A DNA stretch of 64,000 nt from the human T2T-CHM13v2.0 reference genome, Homo sapiens, in assembly GCF_009914755.1 (NCBI RefSeq), contig NC_060928.1; one strand, written 5' to 3'. How positions within the stretch are numbered: position 1 is the first letter of the stretch; each line of letters opens with the position of its first letter. Both the position numbers and the translations under genes were made by a program. Of this stretch, positions 35,643-49,730 are shown one piece after another. The notes under the pieces are model-generated. The model did no database searches. It had not been told where the DNA came from and saw only the letters and a program-made list of their open reading frames with translations.

Positions 35643-37717
35643 TTATAAGTTAGGTCTCATCAAAATGAACTCCTCAGCTTTTATTTGTCTGAGAATGTGT
35701 TTATTTCTCCTTCATTTCTGAAGGACATTTTTGCCAAGTATAGCATTCTTGGTTGGTAGGATTTCTTCTATTAGCCCTTTGAATATATCATCCCACTGTA
35801 CTCTCAGCTTGCTGTTTCTTTTGGGAAGTCTGTTAGTGCCTTATGGGAGTTTCATTATATGTGATTAATCTATTTTTCCTTGCTTCTTTCAAGATCCTCT
35901 CTTTGTCTTTGACTTTTGGCAATTTGATTATAATGTGTCTCTGATTGTTTTTCTTTGGGTTGATCTTGTTTGGGGAGATTAATGAATCTGGATTTCTATA
36001 TATCTTTACAAGGTTTTAAATTTTTTCATTAAGTATTTAGTTTCTTGCCACTTTCTCTCTTTTCTTCCTGGAACTTCCATAATCTATATATTCATGTGCT
36101 TTATATTGTCCCATAGGCTTCTTATGTTCTTTTCACTCTTTTAATTCTATTTTTCATTCCTTTAACCTGTCTTCAACTTCGTTAATTTTTTCTTCTGCAT
36201 GATCAAGTCTGCTATTGGAGGTCTCTATTGAATTTTTCAGTCTTATCATTGTATTCTTCTGTTATAAGATTTCTGGTTGGTTCTTTTTTATGGGTTTTTT
36301 TAAATTAAACTTTTCATTTTGCTCATGCATTATTTTCCCAATTTTGTTTAGCTGTTTATGTTTTTGTTGTGCCTCATTAAGCTTCTTTAAGATAATAATT
36401 TTGAGTTATTTTATAGGCAATTGGTAGATAATCATTTCTTTGGGGTCACTGATTTGAGCTTTATTAGTTTCGTTTAGTAGTGTCATGTTTGCCTAATTCT
36501 TCATTATCCACATAGCCCTGCTTGGTGTCTGTGCATTGGAAGGAGCAAACACCTCTTACTGACTTTACAGACTAGTTTCAGTATGTAACACCTTCTTCTG
36601 TTGGGTCCCCGGGCTTAGGATTGCCTCTAGGATAGTGGTCACATGGAGTTGGAGCTAGGTCATCTAGCTGCTGCTCTGTCTGTCATGAAGACCACAGTTT
36701 GAAAGCCTGTTGACAAGGACTCAAGTAGACATTGATCCTATCTGGTCCACAGGTGGACTAGACTGACTCCAGAACCTTGGTCAGTAGAGCTACCACTAGG
36801 AGAAATGTTCATTTCATGGTCCTGTTACTAGGTTCACATAGATAGATATGGCTTCCTCCAGGTCCCTGGGAAGGCTCCCACTGGGTCAATGGTGGGTCCT
36901 AGATCAGGCAGTACCTACCCTGGACCATGGTTGAGACAGGCTAGAACTGAGTCACAGGGCTGCTTCAAGGTTCACAGCCAATATCAATGTTGCCTTGCCT
37001 TCTTGTGGGGACATGGATGGGGATATCTCCTGGTGGGTCCCTGGATAGGCAAAACTGCTCTCAGACAACAGATACAAAGGGTTGGAGCTGAGTTACAGGG
37101 ATATTTTAGGGTTGATAGTAGAGACTAAGGTTACTGGGTCTGTCATCTGAGGCACACGTGGGCATGTCTCCTCATACGTAAATTGGCAGCAAGACAAAGG
37201 CCAAATGGGGTGGTAACTGAACCCAAAGGAGATGGTTTCATTTACCTGTATGGAACTGAGGCCCAGGTCAGCACACCTGCCACCTGGGCATAAGCCTGTT
37301 CTTTCAAAATGACCCTCTTAGGACTTGGGCCCTACCAGGGTTTTATAACCTCCTATGTGAATCTCAGCACTCCTACAGAGATGCTTTTGTCTATAAATGA
37401 CTATGATAATATTGTTACTGTGAAGGGAAAGGAGTGAGGGAGTCTCTTATTCTGCCATCTTGCTCTGAGATAATTTATTTTAGCTTATTTTTAAATTAAA
37501 GTTTACATAAAGAATTTATAAGCAATGCTTTAATTTCAGAGAACTCCAATTAACCTATAATTTTCTCCGATTTTTGCTTGCCTAATTGCTAACTGTTAGG
37601 ATAATAGTTTTCAGTATCATCTTATTTCATAGCTCTATACCCCAGGAAAGAATAATTCTCAGTGAAATTCTGTTCTCCTTTGAGAAGAGTAGGAACTTTC
37701 AGAAAGAGGATATACTA

Positions 37718-38115
37718 TGTATTAGTCTATTTTGTGTTGATATAACAATATATCACAAACTGTGTAATTTAGAAGAACAGAAGTTTATTTCTCACAGTTC
37801 CGGGGGCTGGAAAGTCCAAGATCAAGGCATTGACAGGTTTGGTGTCTGGTAAGGGATTGGTCTTTGTTTCCAAGATGGTGCCTTGAACACTGCATCCTTC
37901 AGAGGAGAAGAACACTGTTCCTCACATGGCAGAAGTATAGAAGAGGCTGAACTCACTCTCTCAAGTTTTTTCTATAGTAGCATTAATTCATTCATTAGGA
38001 TACAGCACTCATGAATTAAACACCTCATAGCAGGTCTCAATTCTCAACACTGTGGCATTGGGGATTAACTTTCAGCATGTGTTTTGGAGGGGACAAAAGC
38101 ATTAAAATCATAGCA
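37718..38115 (-). mobile_element. MSTC-like MaLR solo LTR
   Basis: TGTATTAGTC..TTTATTTCTCACAGTTC..AAGTCCAAGATCAAGG..TTCCAAGATGGTGCCTTGAACACTG..CATAGCA; TSD TACTA/TAGTA. Confidence 0.85.
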
Positions 38116-38289
38116 TAGTATATATTTCATATTTAAGGTTAACCAACTCCTTTCACGTGCACACACAACCAGATTGGAAATAATTCCAAAACTCTTAAAT
38201 TTATAAAGTTTCTTAAAAATATAGTTAGTCATCCAAACTTTAATATCAATGCAAACAATACATGTTGCTGAGAATACAGGTATTAGCTA

Positions 38290-39190
38290 TTTATATTTCC
38301 GGAGAAGACTGAACAACTGACAAAGGAAGATACAGTAGCTATCTCCAACTATTTGAATGGCTGTCATGCTGCATCAGCCAGGGTTGCTAGTTGCAAGCAA
38401 CAGAAATGGACTTTGAATAATTGAAACAGAAAAGCAAATTATGAAGGTTTTGGATAGCTCACAAAAGCCACAAAATCTGGCAAGGATGCAGAACCAAGCT
38501 TGGAAAGGCTTAGTAGTAGCCAGGATTGTATCCCAAATCATCCCACAAAACCAGTCCAATGAGCACACACTACTACCACCCCAGTGGACATCTGATCTCT
38601 CAGCTCGTGCTGCCCTCATCCTGGGGCTGAACTCTGAATACTATCACTGCTCTATTGTACTGCTATCCCTAGAAACACAACCCTACAACTTTTCTCTCCA
38701 CTGTTTCCTGCTACAGTGCATAGTCTGTGGTGTGTCTTTTCTTGGGTGACCAGCACCAGATTTAAAGTTCAGAGCCACCACATCTGTTTGGTTGAGCTAT
38801 GAAAGACTGAGAATAAATATTTCTGTCTGTGCCTCTCCCCAACCCCCTAAAAACCTCACAATTCAGTGAATTCTCTAAACACAGGAAGAGTTCAAATGTT
38901 GAACAGCCAAGAAAATATACAAAATATCCACTACATAAGTGGAAGAGAAAGCAGAGTTTATCTGAGTTGTTACAACAGAAAGGTGAACTAGAAAGTTAAA
39001 TGTAAGAGGGTTGCAGATTTGAAAATAAGAAATTTTCTGCAGAATACACTTATTAAATAATAAAATAATTGCTCTAGAAAGTTGCAAACTCCTTGCTTCT
39101 ACTGGACTTTAAGTGAATGCTGTATGACCATAAGAAAAGAGTACTGTAGAAAAAAAACTGCAGCTTAACTCAAAATGTCTATTATTCTAT
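38290..39190 (+). mobile_element. L3 (CR1) 3' fragment split by an MLT1 LTR
   Basis: CCGGAGAAGAC..AGCTATCTCCAACTATTTGAATGGCTGTCATG resumes at ~38940 with GTGGAAGAG. Confidence 0.55.
38370..38935 (-). mobile_element. Old MLT1 LTR (MLT1L-O-like)
   Basis: Starts TGCATCAGCCAGGGTTGCTAGTTGCAAGCAACAGAAA, the antisense old-MLT1 terminus. Confidence 0.6.
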
Positions 39191-40667
39191 CTTTCTGTTG
39201 AGGTAGGGATTTTTGCCTCAGATTATGTTTTCTATGGGTTTCCACCACATTCTAAATTATGGTCAGATTGCAAATATATCTGGGTGCCCAGAATAGCCAG
39301 AGCGCCCCACCTTCTTGTGCATACTCAGTCAGCTTAGCAAACACCCAGCTGATCCCAGGCAGCTGAAGAAATCACAGTTTTTAAAGTCTGCTATGATATA
39401 GGAATGATTAGGAAGCTGATTCTATGGATGTGAAGGTCATTGTTTTTACAAACCTCATATATATTTATGTGGCATATATACACATATATAGATCTCCATC
39501 TCTCTATAATGCACATACATAATATATGACATGATATGTATGACATGTGAGATATATATGTACATATAATATTTCCTATTTAAAAGCAAAAGTGATAGTA
39601 AGGTAGATCTGCAAGCAGGTAGTATATATTAAAAATAATAACAATACAACAAATGGATCACCTATTGACATATATACAAAAAAGTGCAATCAGACCCCTG
39701 ATTTATAGATGTTACTGACATCTGCTAGCATTTGTAATTACTTATGCTTCTGAAATTTATTAACAATAATAATGGCGCTGTTGATGTTAATAACATAGTT
39801 GTACTATTATCTGGTACTCTTTCAAGCGTCAAGTACACACATACCTTGAAGATATCGCAATTTAGTTTCACATTTTCACAATAAAGTTAATATTGCAAGA
39901 AAATGAATTGCATGAATATTTTGGTTACCTAATGCATATAAAATTTTTGTTTATATTAGTCTGAAACATATGCAATAGCATTATATGTTAAATAATGATA
40001 TAGATATATCTTAATTTAAAAACACTATTTCTTAAAAAAATCTAACAATCATCCGAGCCTTCAGGGTGTCATAATATTTTTGCTGTTGGGTGGTCTTGCC
40101 ACCACGTTTATGGTTGCAGACTGATCAGGGTGGTGGTTGCTTAAGGTTGGGGTGGCTGTGGCAATTTTATAAAATAAGACCAGACTGAAGTTTGTTACAT
40201 TGGTTACTTCTTCCTTTCATGAAAGATTTCAGTGTAGCTTGCAAAGAGCTGTTTGATACTATTTTACCCACAGTAGATCTGCTTTCTAAATTAGAGTCAA
40301 CTCTCTCAAACACTGACTTGCCTTCTGAGCTAACTTTATGTAATATTCTAAATCCTTTGCTATAATTTCAACAATGTTCACAGCATCTTAACCATGAGAA
40401 TATTCCTTCCCAAGAAACCATTTCTTTTTTGTTCATAACAAGCAACCCTTCCTACATTGAAGTTTTATTATGAGATTGTAGTGAACCAGTCACATATTTA
40501 GGCTCTGCTTCTAATTTTAGTTATCTTGCTAGTTTCATGCCATCTGCCGTTACTTCCCCCACTAAAGTCTTGAACCCCTCAAGGTAATCCATGAGTATAA
40601 AAATCGCTTCTTCCAAAATCTTGTTAATGTTGATATTTTGAATTCCTATAATGAATCAGAAATGTTC

Positions 40668-43600
40668 ATTGTTTACATTTTAAAAATTTTGGAAGGTACA
40701 TACTAGGTATATATATTTATGGGGCACATGAGACGTTTTAATACAGGCATACAATGTGTAATAATGACATCAGGGTAAATGGGGTATCAATACCTCAAAC
40801 ATTTATCCTTTGTGTTACAAACAAATTATACACTTTTAGTTATTTTTGAAATGTACAATTAAATTGTTATTGACTATAGCTGCCCTATTGGGCAATAAAA
40901 TACTAGGTCTTATTCATAGTTTACAACTATTTTTTTGTACTCATTAGTAATCCCCACTTTCTCACTAAAAACCCCCATCACTATCAGCCTCTGGTAACCA
41001 TCCTTCTACTCTCTATCTCCGTGATTTCAGTTCTTTTCAATTTTAATTCCCACAAATAAATAAGAACATGCAAAATTTGTCTTTCTGTGCCTGGCTTAGT
41101 TTACTTAGCATAATGACTGCCAGTTCCATCCATGTTGTTGCAAATGACACACTCTCATTCGTGTTTTTGGCTGATTAGTACACCATTGCATATATGTACC
41201 ACATTGTTTAATCCATTCATCTGTTAACATACACTTAGGTTGCTTCCAAATCTTGGCTATAAGGAATAGTTCTGCAGTACACATGAGAGTGCAGATATCT
41301 CTTTGATATATTGATTTCTGTTCCTTTGCATGTATACCTAGTAGTTGGATTGCTGGATTTATGGTAGCTCTATTTTTAGTTATTTGAGGAATATCCAGAC
41401 TGTTCTCCATAGTGGTTGTAATAATTTACATTTCCACCAATAGTGTGCAAGTGTTATCTTTTCTCCCCATCCATGCCAGCATTTGTTATTGCCTGTCTTT
41501 TGGGTAAAAACCATTTAAACAAATATCATTGTAGTTTTGATTTGCATTTTTCTGATATTAAATGATGCTGAGCATCTTTTCATATATCTGTTTGTCATTT
41601 GTATGCCTTTATTTAAGAAATGTCTATTAAGATCTTTTGTCCATTTTAAAATCAGGTTATTATATTTTTTCCTATAGAGTTGTTTGAGCTCCTTATATAT
41701 TATGGTTATTAGTCCCTTATCATATGGGTAGTTTGCAAATATTTTCTCCCATTATGTGGATTCACTCTTCACTTTGTTGATTCCTTTGCTGTGCAAAAAC
41801 TTTTTAACTCGATATGATCCCATTTGTCCACTTTTCTTTAGTTGTGTGTGCTTGTCGGGTATTACTCAAGAAATCTTTGCCTAGTTCAATATCCTGGAGA
41901 GTTTCACCAATGTATTTTTGTAATAGTTTCATAGTTTAAGGTCTTAAATTTAAGTCTTTCATTCATTTTAGTTTGATTTTTGTGTATGGCAAGAGATAGG
42001 GTTCTAGTTTCATTCTTCTGCATATGAATATCCAGTTTTCCCAGCACCATTTATTGAAGATACTGTCCTTTCTCCAATGTATGGTTTGGCACCTTTGTCA
42101 AAATGAGTTCATTGTAGACATTTGGATTTTTTTTTTCTGGAATCTCTATTCTATTCTGTTGACCTGTGTGTCTGTTTTTAGGTCAGTACTATGCCGTTTT
42201 GGTTACTATAGCTCTATAGTATAATTTGAAGTCAGGTAACGTGATTATTTCAACTTTGTTCTTTTTGCTTAGCATAGCTTTAGCTATTCTGGGTGCTTTG
42301 TGGTTCCTTATACATTTTGAGATTGATTTTTTTTTTCTATTTCTGTGAACAATAGCATCTGTATTTTTATAGGGATTGTACTGAATTTGTAGATTGCTTT
42401 GGATAGTATGGACATTTTAACAATATTGATTCTTCCAATCCATGAACATGGAATATCTTTTTCATTTTTTGGTGTCCCCTTCAATTTCATACTTCAATGT
42501 TTTATAGTTTTCATTGCTGGAATCTTTAACTTTTTTAGTTAAGTTTATTCCTAGGTATATTATTTTATTTGTAGCTATTGTAAATGGGATTAGTCTCTTA
42601 AATTCTTTTTCAGATTGTTCAGTGTTGACATATAGAAGTGTTAGTGATTTTTATATGTTGATTTTTGTATCCAGCAACTTTACTAAATTTGTTTATCATT
42701 TTTAATAGTTTTATTGTGGAGTCTAGGTTTTTCCAAATATGAAATCATATCATCTGTAAACAAGGATAATTTGACAGCTTTCTTTCTAGTTTGGATGATT
42801 TTATTTTATTTTCTTGTCTGATTACTGTAGCTAGGACTTCAAGTACTATGTTGAATAACAGTGGTAAGAGCAGCATCCTTGTCATGTTCCTGATCTTAGA
42901 GGAAAGTCTTTCTGCTGCTCCCCGCACCCTGCCCCCAATTCAGTATGATTCTACCTGTGGGCCTGTAATATATGGCTTTTATTTATTTTATTTTATTTTA
43001 TTTTTTTGAGATGGAGTCTTGCTCTGTCACCCAGGCTGGAGTGCAGTGGCACAATCTCGGCTCACTGCAAGCTCCGCCTCCCAGGTTCACGCCATTACCC
43101 TGCCTCAGCCTCCTGAGCAGCCAGGAACACAGCTGCGTGCCACCAAACCCAGCTAATGTTTTGTATTTTTTAGTAGAGATGGGGTTTCACCATGTTAGCC
43201 AGGATGGTCTCGATCTCCTGACCTCGTGATCCACCCGCCTTGGCCTCCCAAAGTGCTGGGATTACAGGTGTGAGCCACTGTGCCCGGCCCATATGGCTTT
43301 TATTATGTTGAAGTAGATTCTTTCTATACCAAGTTTTTTCAGGGGTTCATCATGAAGGGATGTTGAATTTTATCAAATGCTTTTAAGCTTCAAGAAAAAT
43401 GATTATATAGTTTGTGTCTTTCATTCTGTTGCTATGGTGTATCACATTGATGGGTTTGTTTATGTTGAACCTTCTTGCACTCCTGGGATAAATCCCACTT
43501 GGTCATGGTGAATAAAATTTTTAATGTGTTGTTGAACTTGGTTTGCTAGTATTTTGTTGAGGATTTCTATATTAATATTCATTAGGGATATTGTCCTGTA

Positions 43601-46600
43601 GCTTTCTTTATTTGATGTGTCTTTTTCTGGTTTTGGTATCTGGCTAATATTGGCCTTATAGAAAAAGTTTTGAAGTACTCCCTCCTCCTCTATTCTCTGG
43701 AATAGTTTGAGTAGGACTGGTACTAGTTCTTCCTATATGTTTGGTAGAAATTGGCAATGAAGCCATCGGGTCCTGGGCTTTTCCTTGCTGGGAGACTTTT
43801 TATTATGACTTTGATCTGGTTACTTGTTATTAGTGTGTCTGGGTTATGAATTTCTTCACAATTCAATCTTGATAGGTTGCTTGTGTCTAGGAATTTATCC
43901 ATTTTCTCTAGATTTTCAAATTTATTGGCATATAGTTGTTCATAGTAGCCAGTAATGATCCTTTGAATTTCTGTGGTATCAGTTTTAATGTCTCCTTTTT
44001 TACCTCTGATTTTATTTATTTGGGTCCTCTCTCTTTTTTCATTAGTCTGGCTAAAGGTTTGTCACTTTGTTTATGTTTTCCAAAAAACCAACTTTTTGTT
44101 TCATTGATCTTTTGCATTGTTTTCTTCATTTCAATTTCATTTATTTCTGCTCTGATCTTTTTTTTTCTTCTACTAATTTTGGATTTGGTTTGCTCCTATT
44201 TTTCTAGTTTTTTAAGATGTATTATTAGGTTATTTATTTGAAGCTTTTCTTCATTTTTGATGTAGGCACTTATAGCTATAAAGTTCCCTGTTAGTACTGT
44301 TTTGCTGTGACTCATAAGTTTTGGCATATTGTTTCTTCATTATCATTTGTTTCAGTAAATATTTCAATTTCTTTCTTAATTTCTTCATTGACCACTGGTC
44401 ATTCAGGAGCATATTGCTTAATTTTCATGTGTTTGTATGGTTTCCAAAATTCCTCTTGTTCTTGATTTCTAGTTTTATTCTATTGTAGTCAGAGAAGATG
44501 CTTGATATTATTTCAGGGTTTTTAAAAAAATGTTTTAAGCTTGTTTTGTGACCTAAAATACGGTCTGTCCTTGAGAATAATACATGTGCTGAGAAAAAGA
44601 ATTTGTATTCTGCAGCTGTTAGATGAAATCTTTGGTAAATATCTATTAGGTCAATTAGGTCTATCTACAGTGCAGATAAAGTACAATTTTTTAATTGATT
44701 TTCTGTCTAGAAGACCTCTCCAGTGCTGAAAATGGGGTGTTGAAATCTCCAGTTATCATTGTAATGTTATCTATTTCTCTCTTTGGCACTAATAATATTT
44801 GATTTATGTATCTGGGTGCTCCAGGGTTGGGTGCATATATATTTACAAGTGTTTCATCTCCTTGCTCAATTCACCCTTTATCGTTATATAATGACCTTTT
44901 TGTCTCTTCTTATAGTTTTTGTCTTGAAATCTATTTTTTCTCTTCTTTTTTGGTTTCCATTGGCATGGAATATCTTTTTCCATCCCTTTATTTTAAGTCC
45001 ATGTGTGTCTTCATTGGTGAAGCATGTATCTTGTAGCCAACAGATCACTGAGTCTTGCTTTTTATTCAATCAGCCGCTCTATGTCTTTTTACTGAGAATT
45101 TTAGTTCATTTACATTCAATGTTATTATTGATTAACATGAACTTACTTCTGCCATTTTGCTATTTGTTTTCTGGCTTTGTGGCCTTCTCTTCCTTCTTCC
45201 CATCCTTCTCTTTGTCCTTTTTGTGAAGATGATTTTCTCTGGTGGTATGATTTAATTTCTTGGTTTTTCTTTTTTGTTTATTGGTCGTATGTTTTTGATT
45301 TGAGATTACAATGAGGCTTGCAAATATAACTCATTATTTTAAGCTCATAACAAATTTAAACTGCTTGCATAAACAAACTAACAAGCAAAAAGAAAACTAA
45401 TAAAAATTCTACACTTCAACTTTGCCCCCTACTTTTTAACTTTTTGTTTGTATTTATCTTATTGTATTGTCTATGTCTTGAAAAGTTGGCATAGTTCTTA
45501 TTTTTGAGTGGTTCATCTTTTAGTCTTTCTACTTAAGATATGAGTAGTTTATCTACCGCAGAGTATTATAATAGTCTGTGTTTTTCTGTGTACTTGCTAT
45601 TTATTACCAGTGAGTTTTGTACCTTCAAATGATTTCTTTTTTTCTGATTGAAGTACTCCCTTTAGCATTTCTTGCAGGACACATCTAGTGTGAGTGAAAT
45701 TCCTCAGCTTTTGTTTGTCTGGGAAATTCTTCATTTCTCCTTAATGTTTGAAGGATATTTTCACCAGATATATTATTCTAGGATAAAAGATTTTTTCTTT
45801 CAGCACTTTAAGTATGTCACACCCCTCTTTCCTGGCCTGTAAGGTTTCCATTGAATAGTCTGCTACCAGACACATTGGAGCTCCATTGTGTTATTTGTTT
45901 CTTTTTTCTTGCTGCTTTTATAATCCTTTAATGGTTTATCTTTGGGAGTTTATTAAATGCCTTGTGGTGATCTTCTTTATGTTAAATCTGTTTGGTGTTC
46001 TGTAACATTCTTATATTTGAATTTTGAAATTTTCTCTAGGTTTGGGAAGTTCCGTGATATTATCTTTTCGAATAAACTTTATACCCCTATCCATTTCTCT
46101 ACTTTCTTCTTTAAGGCCAATAACTCTTAGATTTGCCCTTTTGAGGCTATATTCCAGATCTTGTAAGTGTGCTTCATTGTTTTTTATTATTTTTCATTTT
46201 ATCTCCTCTGAGTGTGTATTTTCAAATAGCCTGTCTTCAAACTCAGAAATTCTTTCTTCTGCTTGATCAGTTCTGCCACTAAGAGACTCCAATGCATTCT
46301 TTAGTATGTCACTTGCATATTTCAGCTCCAGAATTTTTGCTTGATTCTTTTTAATTATTTCAATCATCTCTTTATTAAATTTCTTTGATAGAATTCTGAT
46401 TTCCTTGTCTGTATTATGTTGAATTTCTTTAAGTTTCCTCAAAACAGCTATTTTGGATTGTCTGTCTGAAAGATCACATATTTCTCTTTCTCCAGAATTG
46501 GTCCCTTGTGCCTTATTTAATTTGTTTGGTAGGTGACAGTTTCCTGAATGGTGTTGATGCTTATGATTGTTCATCAATGTCTGGGAATTGAAGAGTTAGG

Positions 46601-48045
46601 TATTTATTTTAGTCTGTGCCGTCTGGGCATGTTTCTACCTGTCCTCCTTGGGAAGGCCTTCCAGGTATTTTAAAGGACTTGGGTGTTGTGATGTAAGCTG
46701 TTTCTGCATTAGGGACACCCCAAGCCCAGTAACACTGTGATTCTTGCATACTTGTAGAAGTACTACATTGGCAGCCTTGGATAAAATCTGGAGGAATCTT
46801 GTGGATTACCAGAGAGAGAGACTCATTCTCACTTTTTCTCCCAAACCAATGAAGTCTCTCTCTGTGTGCTGAGCCATGCAGAGCTGGGGGAGGGGTGACA
46901 TGAGCATCCTGTGGCCACCGCCACTGGGGCTGTGCTGGATCAGAACTGAAGCCAGCACAGCACTGGGTCTCACCAAAAGCCCACTGTAACCACTACCTGG
47001 CTATTGTTTATGGTCACGTAAGGCCCTAGGGCTTCACAATCAGCAGGTGGCAAAGCCAGCCAAGTTTTTGTCCTGCCCTTCAGGGTGGCAAGTTCCTCCA
47101 GACCCTGGGCAGGTCCAGAGATACTGTCCAGGAGCCATGGAGTGGAATCAAAATACTTAGAAATCTACCTGATATTCTATTCTACTGCAGCTGAGCTGGT
47201 GCTCAAGCCACATGACACAGATCTGGCCACTCTTCTCTTCCTTTTCCAGAGGCAGAGGAGCTTCTCCCCATGGCTACCATCACTACTGGCCCATAGGGAG
47301 TACTGCCACTCTTGTGGCAAACTTCTCTTTATTTTTCCCTCCTCTCTCCTTAAGCAGAGTAAAGTCAGTTTTGTTGCTGTGAACTGTGCTGCCTGAGGTT
47401 GGGGGAGGGGTGGTGCAAGCACTCCCTCAATCTCTATGGCTGGTGTCTCACTGTCACATTCCCCCCAAGTACATTGGCTCTGAGCCCAGCACAGCCTTTG
47501 GACTTGCCTAGGAATTGTAGTCGTGTGGCCTACACTGCATTTCAAGTTTGTGTGTACTCCAGCACACGTTAGCCCATGGTGGTGAGGCTTGCTGAAACTG
47601 AGGTTCCGACTGCTAGGATTTGCTAGGATTGGCAATTCCTCTCTGGCGAGGGCTGGTTTAAATGCTCCGTCTGTGGGCAGGGATTGGCTGAGTTCGGCCA
47701 GTTTTGCTTTCTACTCTGACAGGGCAGCACTGAGTTGAATGCAAGGTCTCACAATCACTGCACTCTCTCTCCCCATAAGCACACAGATCCTCTCTCTGTG
47801 CCATGCAGTTGCTGCCAGGGGATGGGTGTTAGGAGGTGTTAGATGTTTAAGACTATTTTTTCTACCATCTTCAGTGCAGCAACATGAAGTTAAAGCCAGA
47901 TACTGTGAGTGCTCACCTGATTTTTGGTTCTAATGAAAGTGCTTTTCCTGTGTAGATAGTTGTTAAATTTGTTGTTCCTGTGCTGGGTGGTGTGGGGGGT
48001 GATAGGTGGAAGCTTCTATTTGGCCATCCTGCTTTGTCTCACTCC
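40668..48045 (-). mobile_element. Near full-length L1MA2-like LINE-1 (degraded ORF1, ORF2 and 5'UTR)
   Basis: 3' end GGTACATACTAGGTATATATATTTATGGGGCACATGAG; minus ORFs [51 protein letters not shown] (ORF2) and RTDQAEERISEFED (ORF1); GC-richer 5'UTR ~46850-48045. Confidence 0.92.
42984..43289 (-). mobile_element. AluY
   Basis: CTGCAAGCTCCGCCTCCCAGGTTCACGCCATT and TTAGCCAGGATGGTCTCGATCTCCTGACCTCGTG; TSD ATATGGCTTTTATT at 42970-42983 and 43291-43304. Confidence 0.95.
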
Positions 48046-49557
48046 CACAAATGGCATTTAGTATGGTGACTCTTTTCCATAAGGTTTTCAATTTACTTTG
48101 CCCACATTCATCACAAGAATCATTATGGCAACTATAGCCTTATAAAATGTATTTCTTAAATAACAGAACATGAAAGTCTAAATTATTCCTTGATCCATGG
48201 GCTACAAAATGGATATTGTCAATCACTAGTAAATATTGTGAATCTTTCTTTTTTTTTTTTTTTCTGAGCAGTAGGCCTCAATCATGAGTTTAAATATTTA
48301 GCAAACTCTGCTGTAATCAGATGTGCCATCATTCAGGCTTTGTTGTTCTATTTATAGAGCACAAGAAGAGTAGAATTAGCATAATGTTTAAGGGCCCTAA
48401 AATTTTCAGAATGATAAACAAACACTGGCTTCAACTTGAAGTCACCAGCTGCATGAACTCCTAACTAGAGAGTCAGCCTGTCCTTAAAGCTCTGAAGCCA
48501 GGCACTGACTTTCCTCTCTAGCTATGAACGTCCTAGATTGGTCTTTTCCTCCAATAAAACACTGTTTTGTCTACATAAAAAAAAAAATCTATTGTTTAGC
48601 ATATCCACCTTCATCAATTATCTTAGCTAGATCTTCTGGATAATTTGCTGCAGCTTCTACGTCAGCACTTGCTGCTCCACTTTGTACTTTCACGTTATGA
48701 GGATGGCTTCTTTCCTTAACCTTCATGAACCAACATTTTTTAGCCTCAAACTTTTCTTCTTCAGCTTCCTCACCTCTCTCTGCCTTCACAGAATTGAAGA
48801 GAGTTAGGGCCTTGCTCTGGATTAGGCTTTTGTTTAAGGGAATGTTTTGGATGGTTTGATTGTCCATCCAGATCACTCACACTTTCTTCATATCAGCAAT
48901 AAGGTCGTTTCACTTTCTTACCATTTGTGTGTTTCCTGGAGTAGCACTTTTAATTTCTTTCAAGAACTTTTACTTTGAATTCACAATTTGGCTGTTTGGT
49001 ACAAGAGGCCTAGCTTTCAGCCTATCTTGACTTTTCACAAGCCTTCTTCACTAAGCTTAATCATTTATAACTTTTAATTTAAGAAGGAATAGATGTGTGA
49101 CTCTTCCTTTCACTCGACCACTTAGAAACCACTGTAGGTTTATTAATAGGCCTAACTTCAATATTGTTGTTTCTTAGTAAATGGGAAGGCCCAAGTAGGG
49201 GAGAGATGTGGAGGAAAGGCTACTTGGTGAAGAGGCAGAACACAGAAAACATCTGTCAACTAAATTTGCCATCTTATGTGAACACAGTCCATGCTGCTCC
49301 AAAATAATTATAATAGTCACATCAAATATCAGTGATCACAGATCACCATATCAGATATAACAATAATGAAAAGTTTGAAATGTTACAACAATTACCAAAA
49401 TGTGACAGAGATATGAGGTGAGTACATGCCATTGAAAACAAAAAAGATACCAATAGACTTGCTTAATGCAGAGTTGCCACAAACCTTCAATTTGTAGTAA
49501 ATGCAGTATCTGTGAAGTATAATAAGGTGAAGCACAATAAGATGAGGCATGCCTCTA

Positions 49558-49730
49558 TATCATCTAATTTAGTCATCTCCAGAACAAAATGAGTTTGTTG
49601 TCTTCACTAACAGATGAAGATACTGAGCTTTGAAGCTGTTCCATATGTTGACCAACCCTGCAGTGCTGGCTGTGCTAGAACCAGGGATGGAACCAAGGCC
49701 CATCTGACTCTAATATCCCTGCTGTTAGTG
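49558..49730 (-). mobile_element. MIR (continuation of the piece at ~39760-39833, split by Tigger1)
   Basis: CATCTAATTTAGTC..ACAGATGAAGATACTGAG..AGAACCAGGGATGGAACCAAGG..TCTGACTC. Confidence 0.65.

Larger units (their letters stand above)
39836..49555 (-). mobile_element. Tigger1 DNA transposon, essentially full length, split by L1 (39836-~40667 and ~48046-49555)
   Basis: Termini CACACATACCTTGAAGATAT.. and ..GATGAGGCATGCCTC with TA TSDs (39834-35, 49556-57); minus ORF 48589-48876 [50 protein letters not shown] is Tigger1 transposase. Confidence 0.93.

Noticed and set aside
41105-46577. L1 ORF1/ORF2 peptides as an active L1
   Set aside because: Old L1MA-type copy fragmented by many stops and frameshifts and by an Alu insertion.
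48589-48876. TIGD1-like transposase ORF as a domesticated gene
   Set aside because: Only 95 aa of a Tigger1 copy that is interrupted by a 7-kb L1 and has no other long ORF.
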